Notes: generated from the sequence alone by a model not told the origin. Positions 9,811-21,526 are shown, counted from the stretch's first letter. The stretch: 64,000 bases of DNA from Candidatus Kapaibacterium sp. (GCA_963665665.1 OY762428.1:3968001-4032000), one strand, 5' to 3'. Numbers and translations: made by a program.

Positions 9811-10760
9811 TCAGAAGCGGACCTTTTCATCTGTTTGGATAGAGGTTCTGTTAATTTTGCTGGTTCCTTTGTTTTTTCCAGAAAATCAATATCCTTGCTG
9901 ATTTTCGTGGCAAGCCTGAGTACGGCATCCACATAAGCATCGCTGTTGTTATAATGAAATACCGCTTTCCGTCTTTGTTTGGGTGTGTCTCCCCATCCGT
10001 TAACTTTCAGGTAGTTAGCAACAGAATAAATTGCGTCTTTCATATCAAAAAGATTAATTTTCATGTCCCCGTTACCGTCCACAGCCCAGTTTATGTAGCT
10101 TGAAGGCAGAAATTGTGAAATACCAAAAGCGCCTGCCCATGATCCTTTCAATTCGTTAATAGGAATTGGTGAAACTTTATGCAGTTTAACAAGCGCCATC
10201 AATTCGCCTAAAGCCCAGTTTGCTTTTTTTTCCGATCTTGCAATAAGCTTCTTTTTCAATTCTTCGAGTTCTTTTTTTGAACCTTTGAATTTCTTTATCA
10301 GTTCAAGTTTATTTTTTAATAAATATTTTTTTTCATTGGCAAGCGCAGTGCTCAAAAATACTGATAATACATGATGCCTGCCAAGATAGTTGCCATGCCT
10401 GGTTTCAATCCATAAAACGGAGGCAATCACTTCTTTGGGAACGCCGAATTTTTTTTCTGCTGAATTTAATGTGCTAAGATTGTCTTCGAGAAAATTGGAT
10501 GTCTTTTTTACAGATTTACTGTTGTAATGTTTGGAATAATCGGCTTTTTTCAGGTAGCCGATTACATTTATTCTTACGAATTTTTCATTAAACTCAACAT
10601 TTTTCATGTTTATCATATCATAAACAAAAGCTGTATCAGCGCCTCGGGCAAGCATTTTATCTATTACGGGCTGAAAGACTTCTCTTCCTGATTTTAATTC
10701 TCTGGCATCAAGGCAATTGGTGAAAACAACAAAGACTAAGGCTGTTAAAAAAAATCTCAT
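9807..10760 (-). CDS. Lytic murein transglycosylase (MltB/SLT_2 family)
   Basis: WIETRHG, GSWAGAFGISQFLPSSY, DAIYSVANYL and YNNS motifs. Confidence 0.9.
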   Translation of the reverse strand: MRFFLTALVFVVFTNCLDARELKSGREVFQPVIDKMLARGADTAFVYDMINMKNVEFNEKFVRINVIGYLKKADYSKHYNSKSVKKTSNFLEDNLSTLNSAEKKFGVPKEVIASVLWIETRHGNYLGRHHVLSVFLSTALANEKKYLLKNKLELIKKFKGSKKELEELKKKLIARSEKKANWALGELMALVKLHKVSPIPINELKGSWAGAFGISQFLPSSYINWAVDGNGDMKINLFDMKDAIYSVANYLKVNGWGDTPKQRRKAVFHYNNSDAYVDAVLRLATKISKDIDFLEKTKEPAKLTEPLSKQMKRSASD

Positions 10761-10914
10761 AATAATTTTCCTGTTCTTTCTTCTTTATGCTGACGATAAA
10801 GATAAAAATAAAATGGCAATTGAGCAAAGGAATAATCAATATCAAACAACACGACAATACAAATATCCGAATAGTCTTGTTTTTATTTATTCTTTTAGCA
10901 ACGGCTAATATTTC

Positions 10915-10945
10915 TTGTAATATATAGTAATACTGATTAAATTTG
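10915..10945 (+). promoter_or_regulatory. Bacteroidota-type primary sigma promoter of ppdK
   Basis: TTG (10915) - 20 nt - TAAATTTG (10938) matches TTG/TAnnTTTG. Confidence 0.55.
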
Positions 10946-11026
10946 TATTCTCATAAAACTGATAACTTATTTGTTTAAGTATTATTAACATTATAAACCA
11001 CATTTTAACAAAATTTGGAGCGCTCC

Positions 11027-13813
11027 ATGGGAAAAACTAAGAAGAAAGATGCCAAATACGTATATTATTTTGGCGGTGGAAAAGCTGACGGTAAGGCAGA
11101 AATGAAAAACTTGCTTGGTGGTAAAGGCGCCAACCTTGCAGAAATGGTTAATCTCGGTTTGCCGGTGCCTCCCGGTTTTACTATCACTACAGAAGTTTGT
11201 ACATATTACTACGACAACGGCGAAAATTATCCAAAATCTCTCAATGCAGAAGTTGACAAAGAACTTGCAAAACTTGAGAAAGAAATGGGTAAGAAATTTG
11301 GCGATGCCAATGATCCTCTTCTTGTTTCAGTTCGTTCAGGTGCTCGTGCTTCTATGCCCGGCATGATGGATACTGTTCTTAACCTTGGCCTTAACGATGT
11401 TACAATCAAGGGCTTAATTGAAAAATCAGGCAACGAACGCTTTGCTTATGATGCATACCGCCGCTTCGTTTCAATGTATGGCGACGTTGTACTGGATATG
11501 AAACCTCAGACAAAAGATGATATCGATCCCTTCGAAGAAATTCTTGAAAAGAAAAAAGAAGCAAGGGGCGTTAAACTTGACATAGAACTGACTGTTGACG
11601 ACCTTAAAGAACTCGTTGTTGAGTTTAAAAAAGCTATTAAAGATATTAAAGGAATTGACTTTCCTGAAGAACCGAAAGACCAGCTTTGGGGAGCCATCAG
11701 CGCTGTATTCGGATCATGGAACAATAACCGTGCTATCATCTATCGCAAACTAAACAACATTCCTGGTGACTGGGGAACAGCTGTAAACGTTCAGACTATG
11801 GTATTTGGTAACATGGGCGAAGATTCAGGAACAGGTGTTGCATTTACACGCGATGCAGCTAATGGCGATGATATTTTCTACGGTGAATTCCTTATGAATG
11901 CACAGGGCGAAGACGTTGTAGCAGGTACTCGCACGCCGCTGTCAATCGACCAGCTTGAAGAAAAAGATCCCGATTCTTATGGCAAGCTTATTAAGATTCG
12001 TGAAACTCTTGAACAGCACTACACAGATATGATGGACATCGAGTTTACAATTCAGGATGGTAAACTCTTCATGCTCCAGTGCCGCGTTGGTAAGAGAACT
12101 GCAATGGCAGCTATGAAAATTGCCGTTGATATGGTTAAAGAAAAACTTATCAAACCAAAAGAAGCTCTTTCAAGAATCGAACCTGAACAGCTTAACCAGC
12201 TTCTTCGTCCGGTATTTGACCTTGAAGAAAAACAGAAATCACTTGACAATGGCAAACTTCTTGCCAAAGGCCTAAACGCAGGCCCCGGTGCAGCAACAGG
12301 TAAAGTTGTATTCAATGCCGAGGATGCTGAAGATTGGGCAAAGAGAGGCGAGAAAGTTATCCTTGTAAGGATTGAAACTTCTCCTGAAGATATTGGCGGA
12401 ATGAATGCAGCCGAAGGTATCCTTACTGCTCGCGGCGGTATGACTTCACATGCTGCACTTGTTGCACGCCAGATGGGTAAAGTTTGTGTTGCTGGTTGCG
12501 AACAGCTTATCATCGACTATAAATCAAGAACTATCAGGGTTGATGGTTCTGATAATGTTGTAAAAGAAGGCGATTATATTTCAATCGACGGTTCAACCGG
12601 TGAAGTTATCGAAGGTAACATCCCGACAAAACCGAGCGAAGTTGTTTCTGTTCTTATCGACAAGACACTTGACCCGAAAGACGCGCCTACATTCAAGATC
12701 TATAACCAGATTATGAAATGGGCCGACAAATACCGTACAATGAATATCCGTACAAATGCCGACCAGCCGGACCAGAGCAGCAATGCTGTTGCATTTGGTG
12801 CTGAAGGTATTGGTCTTTGCCGTACAGAGCACATGTTCTTTGGTGAAGGTAAAATTGGCCCCATGCGCGAAATGATCCTTGCGAAAAACGTTGAAGGCCG
12901 CAAAGAAGCTCTCGCAAAACTTCTTCCTCTTCAGAGAGAAGATTTTGAAGGTATCTTCAAAGCTATGGACGGACGTCCGGTAACTATTCGTACAATCGAT
13001 CCTCCTCTGCACGAATTCCTTCCGCATGATGAAGCCGGCCAGGCAGAACTTGCAAAAGAAATGGGCATTTCAGCAGAAGCAGTAAAAGAAAGAGTTGAAG
13101 CACTTCACGAATTCAACCCGATGCTTGGTTTCCGTGGCTGCCGCCTTGGCACGATGTACCCGGAAATTACAGAAATGCAGGCTCGCGCTATCTTCGAAGC
13201 CACAGTTAACGTTATTAAAGGCGGACAGAAGGTTCTTCCTGAAATAATGATACCGCTCGTTGGTAATGTTAAAGAACTTGACGGCCAGGAAAAAGTTGTT
13301 CGTCAGGCTGCAAAAGATGTAATGAAAGAAACAGGAACAGAATTCGAATACCTGGTTGGTACAATGATCGAAGTTCCTCGTGGCGCTATCACAGCTCGCG
13401 AAATCGCAGAAACAGCAGAATTCTTCTCATTCGGTACAAACGACCTTACACAGACTACTCTCGGCGTTAGCCGTGACGATGCAGGCCGTTTCCTTCCGAT
13501 GTATGTTGATAAAGACTTCTACAAAGTTGATCCTTTCGTAGCTATCGACCAGACTGGTGTTGGCTTCCTTATGGAACACGCAGTAAAAGAAGGCCGTAAA
13601 GCACGTAAGAAAATCAAACTTGGTATCTGCGGCGAGCACGGCGGCGAACCTTCATCAGTTGAATTCTGCCATAACCTTGGCCTCAACTATGTATCATGTT
13701 CACCATTCCGCGTTCCGATAGCACGCCTTGCAGCAGCTCGTGCAGCTATCAATGAAAAAGACGCGAAAAAAGCTAAAAAAGCAGCCAAGAAAGCAAAAAA
13801 AGGAAAAAAATAA
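11027..13813 (+). CDS. ppdK: Pyruvate, phosphate dikinase
   Basis: [41 protein letters not shown] and GICGEHGG motifs; ATG 11027 after GGAG. Confidence 0.98.
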   Translation: MGKTKKKDAKYVYYFGGGKADGKAEMKNLLGGKGANLAEMVNLGLPVPPGFTITTEVCTYYYDNGENYPKSLNAEVDKELAKLEKEMGKKFGDANDPLLVSVRSGARASMPGMMDTVLNLGLNDVTIKGLIEKSGNERFAYDAYRRFVSMYGDVVLDMKPQTKDDIDPFEEILEKKKEARGVKLDIELTVDDLKELVVEFKKAIKDIKGIDFPEEPKDQLWGAISAVFGSWNNNRAIIYRKLNNIPGDWGTAVNVQTMVFGNMGEDSGTGVAFTRDAANGDDIFYGEFLMNAQGEDVVAGTRTPLSIDQLEEKDPDSYGKLIKIRETLEQHYTDMMDIEFTIQDGKLFMLQCRVGKRTAMAAMKIAVDMVKEKLIKPKEALSRIEPEQLNQLLRPVFDLEEKQKSLDNGKLLAKGLNAGPGAATGKVVFNAEDAEDWAKRGEKVILVRIETSPEDIGGMNAAEGILTARGGMTSHAALVARQMGKVCVAGCEQLIIDYKSRTIRVDGSDNVVKEGDYISIDGSTGEVIEGNIPTKPSEVVSVLIDKTLDPKDAPTFKIYNQIMKWADKYRTMNIRTNADQPDQSSNAVAFGAEGIGLCRTEHMFFGEGKIGPMREMILAKNVEGRKEALAKLLPLQREDFEGIFKAMDGRPVTIRTIDPPLHEFLPHDEAGQAELAKEMGISAEAVKERVEALHEFNPMLGFRGCRLGTMYPEITEMQARAIFEATVNVIKGGQKVLPEIMIPLVGNVKELDGQEKVVRQAAKDVMKETGTEFEYLVGTMIEVPRGAITAREIAETAEFFSFGTNDLTQTTLGVSRDDAGRFLPMYVDKDFYKVDPFVAIDQTGVGFLMEHAVKEGRKARKKIKLGICGEHGGEPSSVEFCHNLGLNYVSCSPFRVPIARLAAARAAINEKDAKKAKKAAKKAKKGKK

Positions 13814-13842
13814 TCTGAAAATTTAGATTAAGTTTTTTATCT

Positions 13843-13876
13843 TAGCCCCGGAGTAAATCACTATTCCGGGGTTTAT
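13843..13876 (+). terminator. Terminator after ppdK
   Basis: CCCCGGA...TCCGGGG hairpin with T-rich tail. Confidence 0.7.
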
Positions 13877-13961
13877 ATTTTATATTATAACAATATAAAT
13901 ATTATTATTCCCCATTCGTGATAGTTAGTAACTTACCTTGAGAGTTGTTTTTTAATAGCGG

Positions 13962-15596
13962 TTGAAATTGGACAATGATTTAAATAAAAAAACACTACAC
14001 GATGAATTCGATAATATTAATTTCGAATTTACATCAGTAGTGGATGGTTTATCCAGATCAAGAATCAAGAGTTTCATGAAAATGATGCCGGGGAATTCAT
14101 TCTTCTGTAGTTTTTCTGAATCAGGAAATGTTCTATTTTATAGCCCTTCTGTATCGAAAATGATAAACGGCGAGGAAGAACTACTTTTTAAAACTATTTT
14201 TAAAAATATCCGATCTAATGAAAACTCAAAAGACAAAACTAAAACAATAAACAATATCAATAAATTTGAATTTGAGGTTATTCCTGAAAATGATAAAAGG
14301 ACCTTTGAATTATCTTATTCACCATATATTGATTCTTCCGGTAATAAATACTTTGATTGTTATGGCAGAGATATAAGTAAACTCCGTGATGCTGAAACTG
14401 AACTGATGGACAGCCGTGAGCGCTATCGTTCGGTTGTAATGCAAAGTGCCGAAAATATTTATATCATGGATATGGATACTAAAAAAGTTGTAAAATCAAA
14501 TCCGACACTTCAGAAACTGATCGGCTATACAGAGGAAGAACTCCTTAACATGACAGTTTTTGATTTTATTGCCCATGATGATGTGAACGAGAAAATTGAA
14601 CATGTTGTGCGTGAAGGTAAAATTAATCTGGCTGAAAGACAATATAGAACGAAGGATAACAGAATTATTGATGTGGAAGTTAGCAGCGCCCATATAAATT
14701 ATGGCGGGAAAAAAGCCCTTCTGGTTGTTTCACGTGATATTACTATCAGGAAAAGCCATGAAAAGCAAATACTGGAAATGAATACTATTCTTGACGAAAG
14801 GGTTAAAGAAAGAACTGCTGAACTTGAAAAGGAAATTCATATCAGGAAAAAAGCAGAACAGGAACTTCTTGATACTCAAAAAGGCCTGGCTAAAGCCCTG
14901 CAAAAAGAAAAAATGCTGAATGATATGAAATCAAAATTTATAACAATGATTTCCCATGAATACCGTACACCTCTAACGGTAATCATGACTTCATCCTACC
15001 TTGTAGAAAGATATCTGTTGCCTGATTCCGGAGATAAACCAATGTCTCATCTGGATAAAATCCGGAAATCCGTAAATATGATGGTTCAAATGCTCGAAAA
15101 TGTCCTGAATATTGGCAGAAGTGAAAGCGGAGAAATTGATTTCATGCCTGAGAAAATTGATATTTCTCAATTAATTGATGATATTATCACAGAAACAAGA
15201 GCAGTTATCAGTAAAACAATTGATTATAATTTATCTATCAAACTTAAAAGTAATACAATAATCACTGATAAAAATTTACTTCGCCAAATTCTGTCTAATA
15301 TTATTCTTAATGCCGCAAAATTCTCTCCCAATGATTCCAGAGTGATTATTGACATTTCTGAAACTAAGGATATGGTTAAGACAATTGTAAAAAACAAGGG
15401 CTTGCCAATCTCCGAAGAAGATCAGGAAAAAATATTCGAACCGTTTTATCGCGGACATAATGTTGGCAATATTTCCGGTACAGGCTTGGGCTTAGCTCTT
15501 GTTAAGGTTTGTGTTGATATTCTCAAGGGCACCATCAATTTCAGTTCTACTAAAGATAAGGGAACAATATTTGAAATTTCCATTCCGAAAGAGTAA
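13962..15596 (+). CDS. PAS-domain sensor histidine kinase
   Basis: PAS/PAC region, SHEYRTPL H-box, NAAKFS N-box, GTGLGL G-box. Confidence 0.92.
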   Translation: MKLDNDLNKKTLHDEFDNINFEFTSVVDGLSRSRIKSFMKMMPGNSFFCSFSESGNVLFYSPSVSKMINGEEELLFKTIFKNIRSNENSKDKTKTINNINKFEFEVIPENDKRTFELSYSPYIDSSGNKYFDCYGRDISKLRDAETELMDSRERYRSVVMQSAENIYIMDMDTKKVVKSNPTLQKLIGYTEEELLNMTVFDFIAHDDVNEKIEHVVREGKINLAERQYRTKDNRIIDVEVSSAHINYGGKKALLVVSRDITIRKSHEKQILEMNTILDERVKERTAELEKEIHIRKKAEQELLDTQKGLAKALQKEKMLNDMKSKFITMISHEYRTPLTVIMTSSYLVERYLLPDSGDKPMSHLDKIRKSVNMMVQMLENVLNIGRSESGEIDFMPEKIDISQLIDDIITETRAVISKTIDYNLSIKLKSNTIITDKNLLRQILSNIILNAAKFSPNDSRVIIDISETKDMVKTIVKNKGLPISEEDQEKIFEPFYRGHNVGNISGTGLGLALVKVCVDILKGTINFSSTKDKGTIFEISIPKE

Positions 15597-15701
15597 TCAC
15601 TCCAATATCATTTTTTCCTGATTCCTACCTAAACTTTTCTTAATTTTGAAGATAATTAATTTGGCATTAGTATAATTATATAGATCAGGTGCATATTCGT
15701 T

Positions 15702-16625
15702 ATGGCAAACAAAGAATTCGACAAAGAAGAATTAAAAAAATTGTTTCAATTGCGTGACCGCGTTGTAAGAGTGATGGACAAAGAAGGCAAATTCCGTATT
15801 TCGGCAGTTAAGAATAGTACCGCTGCCAGAACTGCACAGATAAATCACAAATTATCATACCTGCCTGCCTTTTTCCTCGCTCGTCAGTTATCAGCGGCTT
15901 CACTCATTGCTTCATTCCTTAAGGGTGAAGAAAGAATTGCAGTCAGTGCTGACGGTGACGGCCCAATCAGGAAAGTTTTTGCAGAGGCCATCCAGGTAGG
16001 AGAGGTACGCGGGTACGTGGAATTCAACCATGAAAAGAAAGATGTTGAACTGACTCAGCTATCGGATGCATTAGGAAATGGAACTTATTCGGTTACAAGA
16101 ATTTTATACAATAAAAATGAACCTGTAACCGGTATTGTTGAATTGCAAAACGGTGATATTGCCACCGACCTTGCTTCTTACTTTTCGCAATCCGAACAAA
16201 TACCCACGGCAGTAGTACTGGATGCAGACATTGGCGAAGACGGTATAATTAAACACTCAGGCGGTATTATTGTTCAGGCTATGCCCGGAGCCAGCGACGA
16301 AGACCTGGAAAAAGTTTTTGAATCGCTCCAGGGAGCTTCCAGGATGAATGAATTTTTTGAAAAAGAATATACACCGCTGGGTATATTGAAAGAACTGCTG
16401 CCGTTTGAAGTTGAAACCGTTCGAAGTGCTCAGCTTGATTTCTTCTGCCGTTGTTCTAAGGATGCCTTTGTTGATAAACTTGTTACCCTTGGAATTGATG
16501 AAGTAAAAGATATGAGGAAAGCCGGCAACAATGAACTTCATTGTCAGTTCTGCAATGCAAAATATATTCTGGAAGATGAAGATTTCGATAAAATTGAAAC
16601 TGAACTTAAAGCAAATAAAAATTGA
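15702..16625 (+). CDS. hslO: Hsp33 redox-regulated chaperone
   Basis: QSEQIPT, GGIIVQAMPG and CRCS...CQFC zinc motif. Confidence 0.93.
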   Translation: MANKEFDKEELKKLFQLRDRVVRVMDKEGKFRISAVKNSTAARTAQINHKLSYLPAFFLARQLSAASLIASFLKGEERIAVSADGDGPIRKVFAEAIQVGEVRGYVEFNHEKKDVELTQLSDALGNGTYSVTRILYNKNEPVTGIVELQNGDIATDLASYFSQSEQIPTAVVLDADIGEDGIIKHSGGIIVQAMPGASDEDLEKVFESLQGASRMNEFFEKEYTPLGILKELLPFEVETVRSAQLDFFCRCSKDAFVDKLVTLGIDEVKDMRKAGNNELHCQFCNAKYILEDEDFDKIETELKANKN

Positions 16626-16647
16626 TACTTTCGTACCGGATGATTAA

Positions 16648-17220
16648 ATGGCGACAAATATATTTATTAAACTGAAACCGTTACAGCTTTTTATATACCT
16701 TTTCAGCATCCCTACCGTGATGATAATTCATGCCCTGTTTTTCTTTTCGGCAGAAGGGCAAAATTATCATATAATCACGCAAATGACCTTGCTGAATATT
16801 TTTATGGTTGTTTATGGATTCTGGTTTTTTGAAGTCTGCGGAAAAATGGATATGAAGTCCGCCGGCCCGGGACTTTCAAAATTCCTTGGTATTAACTTTA
16901 TTGTATTGGTTACTTATACCATAATTATGAATTATCTTGTTTACAGGCACTTTCTGATATCGCCGGATGAACTGTCAGCGACAGATATTGAGTTCTTTAA
17001 TACTTTAACGCCAATAATGGCTGTGGCTCAGATTTATTCCACATCACTTTACCTTATAACAATTTACCTCCTATCCAAGTCGATTATTATCCGTGAAAAC
17101 GGAAGTTTTAACGGATTCAGAGATACCTTGGGCCTGATGATATTGTTCATTGTATCACCAATAGGAATTTGGTTCATCCAGCCACGATTGCAAAGATTGC
17201 AGGCAGAAAGAAAAATGTAG
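16648..17220 (+). CDS. Hypothetical membrane protein
   Basis: About 5 hydrophobic segments; C-terminal PIGIWFIQPR. Confidence 0.75.
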   Translation: MATNIFIKLKPLQLFIYLFSIPTVMIIHALFFFSAEGQNYHIITQMTLLNIFMVVYGFWFFEVCGKMDMKSAGPGLSKFLGINFIVLVTYTIIMNYLVYRHFLISPDELSATDIEFFNTLTPIMAVAQIYSTSLYLITIYLLSKSIIIRENGSFNGFRDTLGLMILFIVSPIGIWFIQPRLQRLQAERKM

Positions 17221-17288
17221 ATTAATCCAAACAATTTCAGTAAATTAACGTTTATTATCAAAATATTTGTTTATCATTATTAGTTGTT

Positions 17289-17516
17289 ATGATATCAAGA
17301 TCTGAAATAGAACCATTTCTGATAGATAAGATAAAATCTTTACCGGATTATATCTTATATGAGTTAATGGAAGTTATTGCCAATTATCCGGAAAAGTCTG
17401 CTATTGAAAGAATAAACAGAAATGATATTCTTAAATTTGCAGGTTGCTGGAAAGATTTTGAAGAATTTGAAGAATTTACTCAGGATATAAAACAGAGACA
17501 TCAGGAAACCACATAA
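17289..17516 (+). CDS. Small protein resembling a DUF2281/VapB-type antitoxin; no cognate toxin follows
   Basis: 75 aa, KIKSLPD...LKFAGCWKD...EEF pattern recalled from such antitoxins. Confidence 0.45.
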   Translation: MISRSEIEPFLIDKIKSLPDYILYELMEVIANYPEKSAIERINRNDILKFAGCWKDFEEFEEFTQDIKQRHQETT

Positions 17517-17630
17517 TTTTGAAGTCGCAGCTATTGATTATTCCAATTAAGTTTTCGACCCCTCCACTATTGGGGTAGGGCTTTGAAGATGAACAAGGCA
17601 GCAATGACTTCAAACATTTGTACTTTACTT

Positions 17631-17707
17631 CTGACCCCTCCCAAACCCTCCCCGAAGGGGAGGGCTTTGAAGTAAGCCCCTCCTTCGGAGGGGTTTGGGG
17701 AGGTCAG
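17631..17707. repeat. GC-rich nested palindromic REP-like element (partial second copy about 17557-17588)
   Basis: Outer CTGACC/GGTCAG arms enclosing two hairpins CCCTCCCC-GAA-GGGGAGGG and CCCCTCC-TTC-GGAGGGG. Confidence 0.75.
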
Positions 17708-17863
17708 TCATGATAATAATTAACGGTTAAGATATATTGATATGACAAAAATCATTAATATTTACAACATAATAAATTACTACCTTGCCCTTATAAATCG
17801 TTGATTTTTTGTTCCGGGGTAAGGATTTCTGAAACTAAGAAGAAAGAATTGAAACAATTCAAT

Positions 17864-17902
17864 CAAAAAAATGTCCGGGAAAAATTTCACCGGACATTTT
17901 TT
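17864..17902 (-). terminator. Terminator after purH (bidirectional)
   Basis: A-run, ATGTCCGG...CCGGACAT, T-run. Confidence 0.75.
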
Positions 17903-17927
17903 TGATATACTAAAAATCAATTAACAA

Positions 17928-19478
17928 TTAGTGCCTGAAATGTCTCTGCCCTGTAAATACCATTGCCACATTGTTTTCATCGGCAGCTTTTATCACTTCC
18001 TCATCCCTGATAGATCCGCCGGGCTGGATAACGCAGGTTGCTCCTGCTTTAACAGCTTCAACAACACCGTCAGCAAATGGGAAGAATGCATCCGAAGCCA
18101 TGGCCGAACCTGCAAGGTCAAGGCCCATAAGCTTGGATTTTTCAACAGCGATTCTTGACGAATCCACCCTCGACATCTGGCCGGCGCCAATTGCAAGTGT
18201 CCTATCCGGGCCTGTATAAACAATGGCATTTGATTTCACGTGCTTAACTATTTTCCAGCCGAACTCCAAAGCATCCCATTCTTCTTCAGTTGGCTGACGT
18301 TTGGTAACAACCTTCATATCCTGCCTGGGAACTACTTTTGTATCAGAATTCTGCATCAGGAATCCGCCGGCAACCGATCTGACTTCCGTTTTCAGCGATT
18401 TCCTTAATTTAACGAAATCGGCAACAATCAGACGTCTGTTTTTCTTTTTAGTAAGCAATTCCAAAGCGTTATCCGTGAATGACGGAGCGATAAGAACTTC
18501 TGCAAATATATCATGAACAGTTTCGGCCATTTCCAGGTTGCATGGCCTGTTCATAACAAATATACCGCCATAAGGAGATACAGTATCGGTTGCAAAGGCT
18601 TTCTTGTATGCATCCTGAAGATTGTCTGCAACGCCCACGCCACAGGGATTTGTGTGCTTAACAAGGGCTACGGTTGGTTTGTCGAAATCAAGAATTACCC
18701 TTGAAGCGCCATCAATATCAATTATATTGTTATAAGAGAGTTCCTTACCGTGGAGCTGTTTGAATATCCTGCCGTAATTGCCATAGAGGGCAGCATTCTG
18801 ATGCGGGTTCTCGCCATAGCGCAGCATCTGGAACACGCGCAGTGGAATGGTTGTTTTCTCAGGCATTTCACGGCTCGTACTGTCACGGAAGTAATCAGCA
18901 ATAAGGCTGTCGTAATAGGCAGTATGTGCAAATACTTTGCCGGCAAGTTCTTTTCTTGTCTCTTCGGGAACTGTGCGGCATCCGCCTTCCATAACGGTGT
19001 AAATCATTTCATAATCATCAGGATCTACGATAGGAAGAGTCCATTTATAATTCTTTGCAGCAGAACGAAGCATTGTAGGGCCGCCTATATCGATATTTTC
19101 TATCAGTTCGTCATGTCCGGCATTTCTTTTCAAAGCTTGTTCGAACGGATAAAGATTAACAACCAGCATATCTATCGATGCCAGTTCATGTTCTTTTAAT
19201 TGTTTGATGTGTTCATCCTTGCCAAGATCTGCAAGAAGACCGCCATGTACAGCCGGATGGAGAGTTTTCACCCGTCCGTTTAAAATTTCAGGGAACTTGG
19301 TTAGTTCGCTAACTGATTTAACCGGAACGCCTGCTTCGGCAAGTTTGGCTTTTGTTCCGCCGGTGGAGAAAATTTCCACTCCAAGCTGGTTAATTTTTCT
19401 GGCAAATTCAACAATTCCGCGTTTATCTGAAACGGAAATCAACGCACGTTGGATTTTTAAAGTGTCGGGTGTGTTCAT
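17928..19478 (-). CDS. purH: Bifunctional AICAR transformylase/IMP cyclohydrolase
   Basis: RALISVSDK, GRVKTLHP, LRYGENPHQ, SDAFFPF motifs; ends RHFRH. Confidence 0.98.
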   Translation of the reverse strand: MNTPDTLKIQRALISVSDKRGIVEFARKINQLGVEIFSTGGTKAKLAEAGVPVKSVSELTKFPEILNGRVKTLHPAVHGGLLADLGKDEHIKQLKEHELASIDMLVVNLYPFEQALKRNAGHDELIENIDIGGPTMLRSAAKNYKWTLPIVDPDDYEMIYTVMEGGCRTVPEETRKELAGKVFAHTAYYDSLIADYFRDSTSREMPEKTTIPLRVFQMLRYGENPHQNAALYGNYGRIFKQLHGKELSYNNIIDIDGASRVILDFDKPTVALVKHTNPCGVGVADNLQDAYKKAFATDTVSPYGGIFVMNRPCNLEMAETVHDIFAEVLIAPSFTDNALELLTKKKNRRLIVADFVKLRKSLKTEVRSVAGGFLMQNSDTKVVPRQDMKVVTKRQPTEEEWDALEFGWKIVKHVKSNAIVYTGPDRTLAIGAGQMSRVDSSRIAVEKSKLMGLDLAGSAMASDAFFPFADGVVEAVKAGATCVIQPGGSIRDEEVIKAADENNVAMVFTGQRHFRH

Positions 19479-19584
19479 ATTTCTTTACCGTTTGAAATCA
19501 AAAAAATTTTATCTCAATTTTATAATATAACAAAAATATAGATTTTTACTCTCAAAATCAGAATAAAAAAGACAAGTTTGGAAT

Positions 19585-20826
19585 TTATATCATATTGTTC
19601 TTGATGAAGTCTATAATAAAATCATTATCAGAATTCTCTAAAATACTTCCGATAAGATAAAATGATCCACAAACAATGAAATCCTCTTTCAAGCTATACA
19701 GATAGTCAAAAGCATCCTCGGGTTTTTCAATTACTTTGTCAATATCTATTCCCAATCCGGTAGCTATCTTTCGAATATTATCAGGTTTGGCAGCGCGGGA
19801 AGTACCTGCGTTTGTAAGTATTATTTTATTTGAAATTTTGTTGATCATTTTTAAAATGCTTTTGAGGTCCTTATCACCCATTGCACCAAAAAGGAGATTA
19901 AATTTTTTACCCGGATACTTTATATCAATAGTATCAATAAGAGCCTGTACAGCCTGGGGATTGTGCCCGACATCCATAATAATCATCGGATCAGGGCTAA
20001 TCTCTTCCTGGCGGAAATGATATCCGGAATTTTTAACTACATTCTGTATACCTCTATGAATTGCCTCGTCCGGTATATTAAATTTTTCTTTCAATATGTC
20101 AACTGCTTTGATAGCAGTTATTACATTCCGTTTTAAGGGATCAATTCCGGGATGTTTTTCCAAATCGACAAAATCATTTGTCCTGAATAATTCTGAACCG
20201 GTCAGCCTGCATTTTTCTTCAATGATACTTTCAACATTTTCCGGATTTTCAGCCATGACAACAGGGATTCCTGCTTTTATTATGCCGGCTTTTTCTTTAG
20301 CTATTTTTTCAATAGTATCACCGAGATACTCTGAATGATCGATATCAATAGCTGTAATTACTGATATTTCTGGCATTATAATATTAGTGGAGTCATATTT
20401 TCCGCCCATTCCGGTTTCCAGGATAGCAAAATCCACATTTTCATCGGCAAAATACTTCATGGCCATAACTGTAGTTATTTCGAAAAAAGTAGCTTCGTGG
20501 GTTTCTGCGTAGTCGAGTAGCGGTTCGGCAAGTTCGGTTAATTTCTTATCGCTTATCATCCTGCCGTTTATGCGCATCCTCTCATTGAATTTTAGGATAT
20601 GAGGAGAAGTATATAAACCCGTTTTAAATCCTGCTTCCATCAGGATAGAATTAATATACGAACATGTTCCCCCTTTGCCGTTTGTTCCTGCTACATGTAG
20701 GGCTTTCAGTTTCTCATGCGGGTTCCCATATAATTCGGATAGTTTCAGAGTCCTTTGCAGCCCCGGCTTAATACCAAACCTTTGCAGAGAAAATAATTTA
20801 TCAAGGATTCTGTTTATATCAATCAT
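19585..20826 (-). CDS. folC: Folylpolyglutamate synthase/dihydrofolate synthase
   Basis: HVAGTNGKG, YTSPH, ETGMGGKYDSTN, EKAGIIK and DVGHNP motifs; ATG 20826 preferred. Confidence 0.93.
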   Translation of the reverse strand: MIDINRILDKLFSLQRFGIKPGLQRTLKLSELYGNPHEKLKALHVAGTNGKGGTCSYINSILMEAGFKTGLYTSPHILKFNERMRINGRMISDKKLTELAEPLLDYAETHEATFFEITTVMAMKYFADENVDFAILETGMGGKYDSTNIIMPEISVITAIDIDHSEYLGDTIEKIAKEKAGIIKAGIPVVMAENPENVESIIEEKCRLTGSELFRTNDFVDLEKHPGIDPLKRNVITAIKAVDILKEKFNIPDEAIHRGIQNVVKNSGYHFRQEEISPDPMIIMDVGHNPQAVQALIDTIDIKYPGKKFNLLFGAMGDKDLKSILKMINKISNKIILTNAGTSRAAKPDNIRKIATGLGIDIDKVIEKPEDAFDYLYSLKEDFIVCGSFYLIGSILENSDNDFIIDFIKNNMI

Positions 20827-20935
20827 TCTATTGCTTTCAATTATCAAAAAACACGAAATTAATGAAAATAAAACAATGCTGATTGTTAATTTTGGAGAAA
20901 TGAGTTAATGATCAAATGAGAAACTGAAAAGAACT

Positions 20936-21526
20936 ATGGATTGGACAGCATTTATTTCTTTTATAATTATTACATCTATAACTCCCGGCCCGAACAACCT
21001 GATATGTGCCGGTACCGGGCTAAACTATGGCTACAGGAAAGTAATTCCTTTCATATTTGGTGTTTTATCAGGTGTTTGCCTCTTGCTTGTTCTCGCAATT
21101 GTTTTCGGAAATGGAATTTTTGAACTATTTCCAGGGCTTGAAAATTATATTTCATGGATAGGGGCAGCATACATGTTGTATATAGCTTATCAGTTAATTC
21201 GTTCTACAAAAATTGATAATGATAAGGAATATAAACCGCTTGGACTGGTGAAAGGTTTCCTTTTGCAGTTTTTAAATCCTAAAACAATGCTTTACTGTAC
21301 GGTAATTGCTTCAACATTCCTGCTCCCGATGAATCCGACAATTCCACAATTAATATCCTACCTTGCAATAATCGTTACAGTTGTATTTTTTTCACTTTCA
21401 TCATGGGCTTTATTTGGCAAAGTATTTTCCGGCTTTTTCAGGGATAATTACAGAAAGAAGATAATAAATATCATTCTTGCAGTTCTACTTGTTTATTCCG
21501 CCGGCTCGGTTGTGGGTTTGTATTAA
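20936..21526 (+). CDS. LysE family translocator
   Basis: SITPGPNN and QFLNPK motifs, about 6 TMs. Confidence 0.92.
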   Translation: MDWTAFISFIIITSITPGPNNLICAGTGLNYGYRKVIPFIFGVLSGVCLLLVLAIVFGNGIFELFPGLENYISWIGAAYMLYIAYQLIRSTKIDNDKEYKPLGLVKGFLLQFLNPKTMLYCTVIASTFLLPMNPTIPQLISYLAIIVTVVFFSLSSWALFGKVFSGFFRDNYRKKIINIILAVLLVYSAGSVVGLY

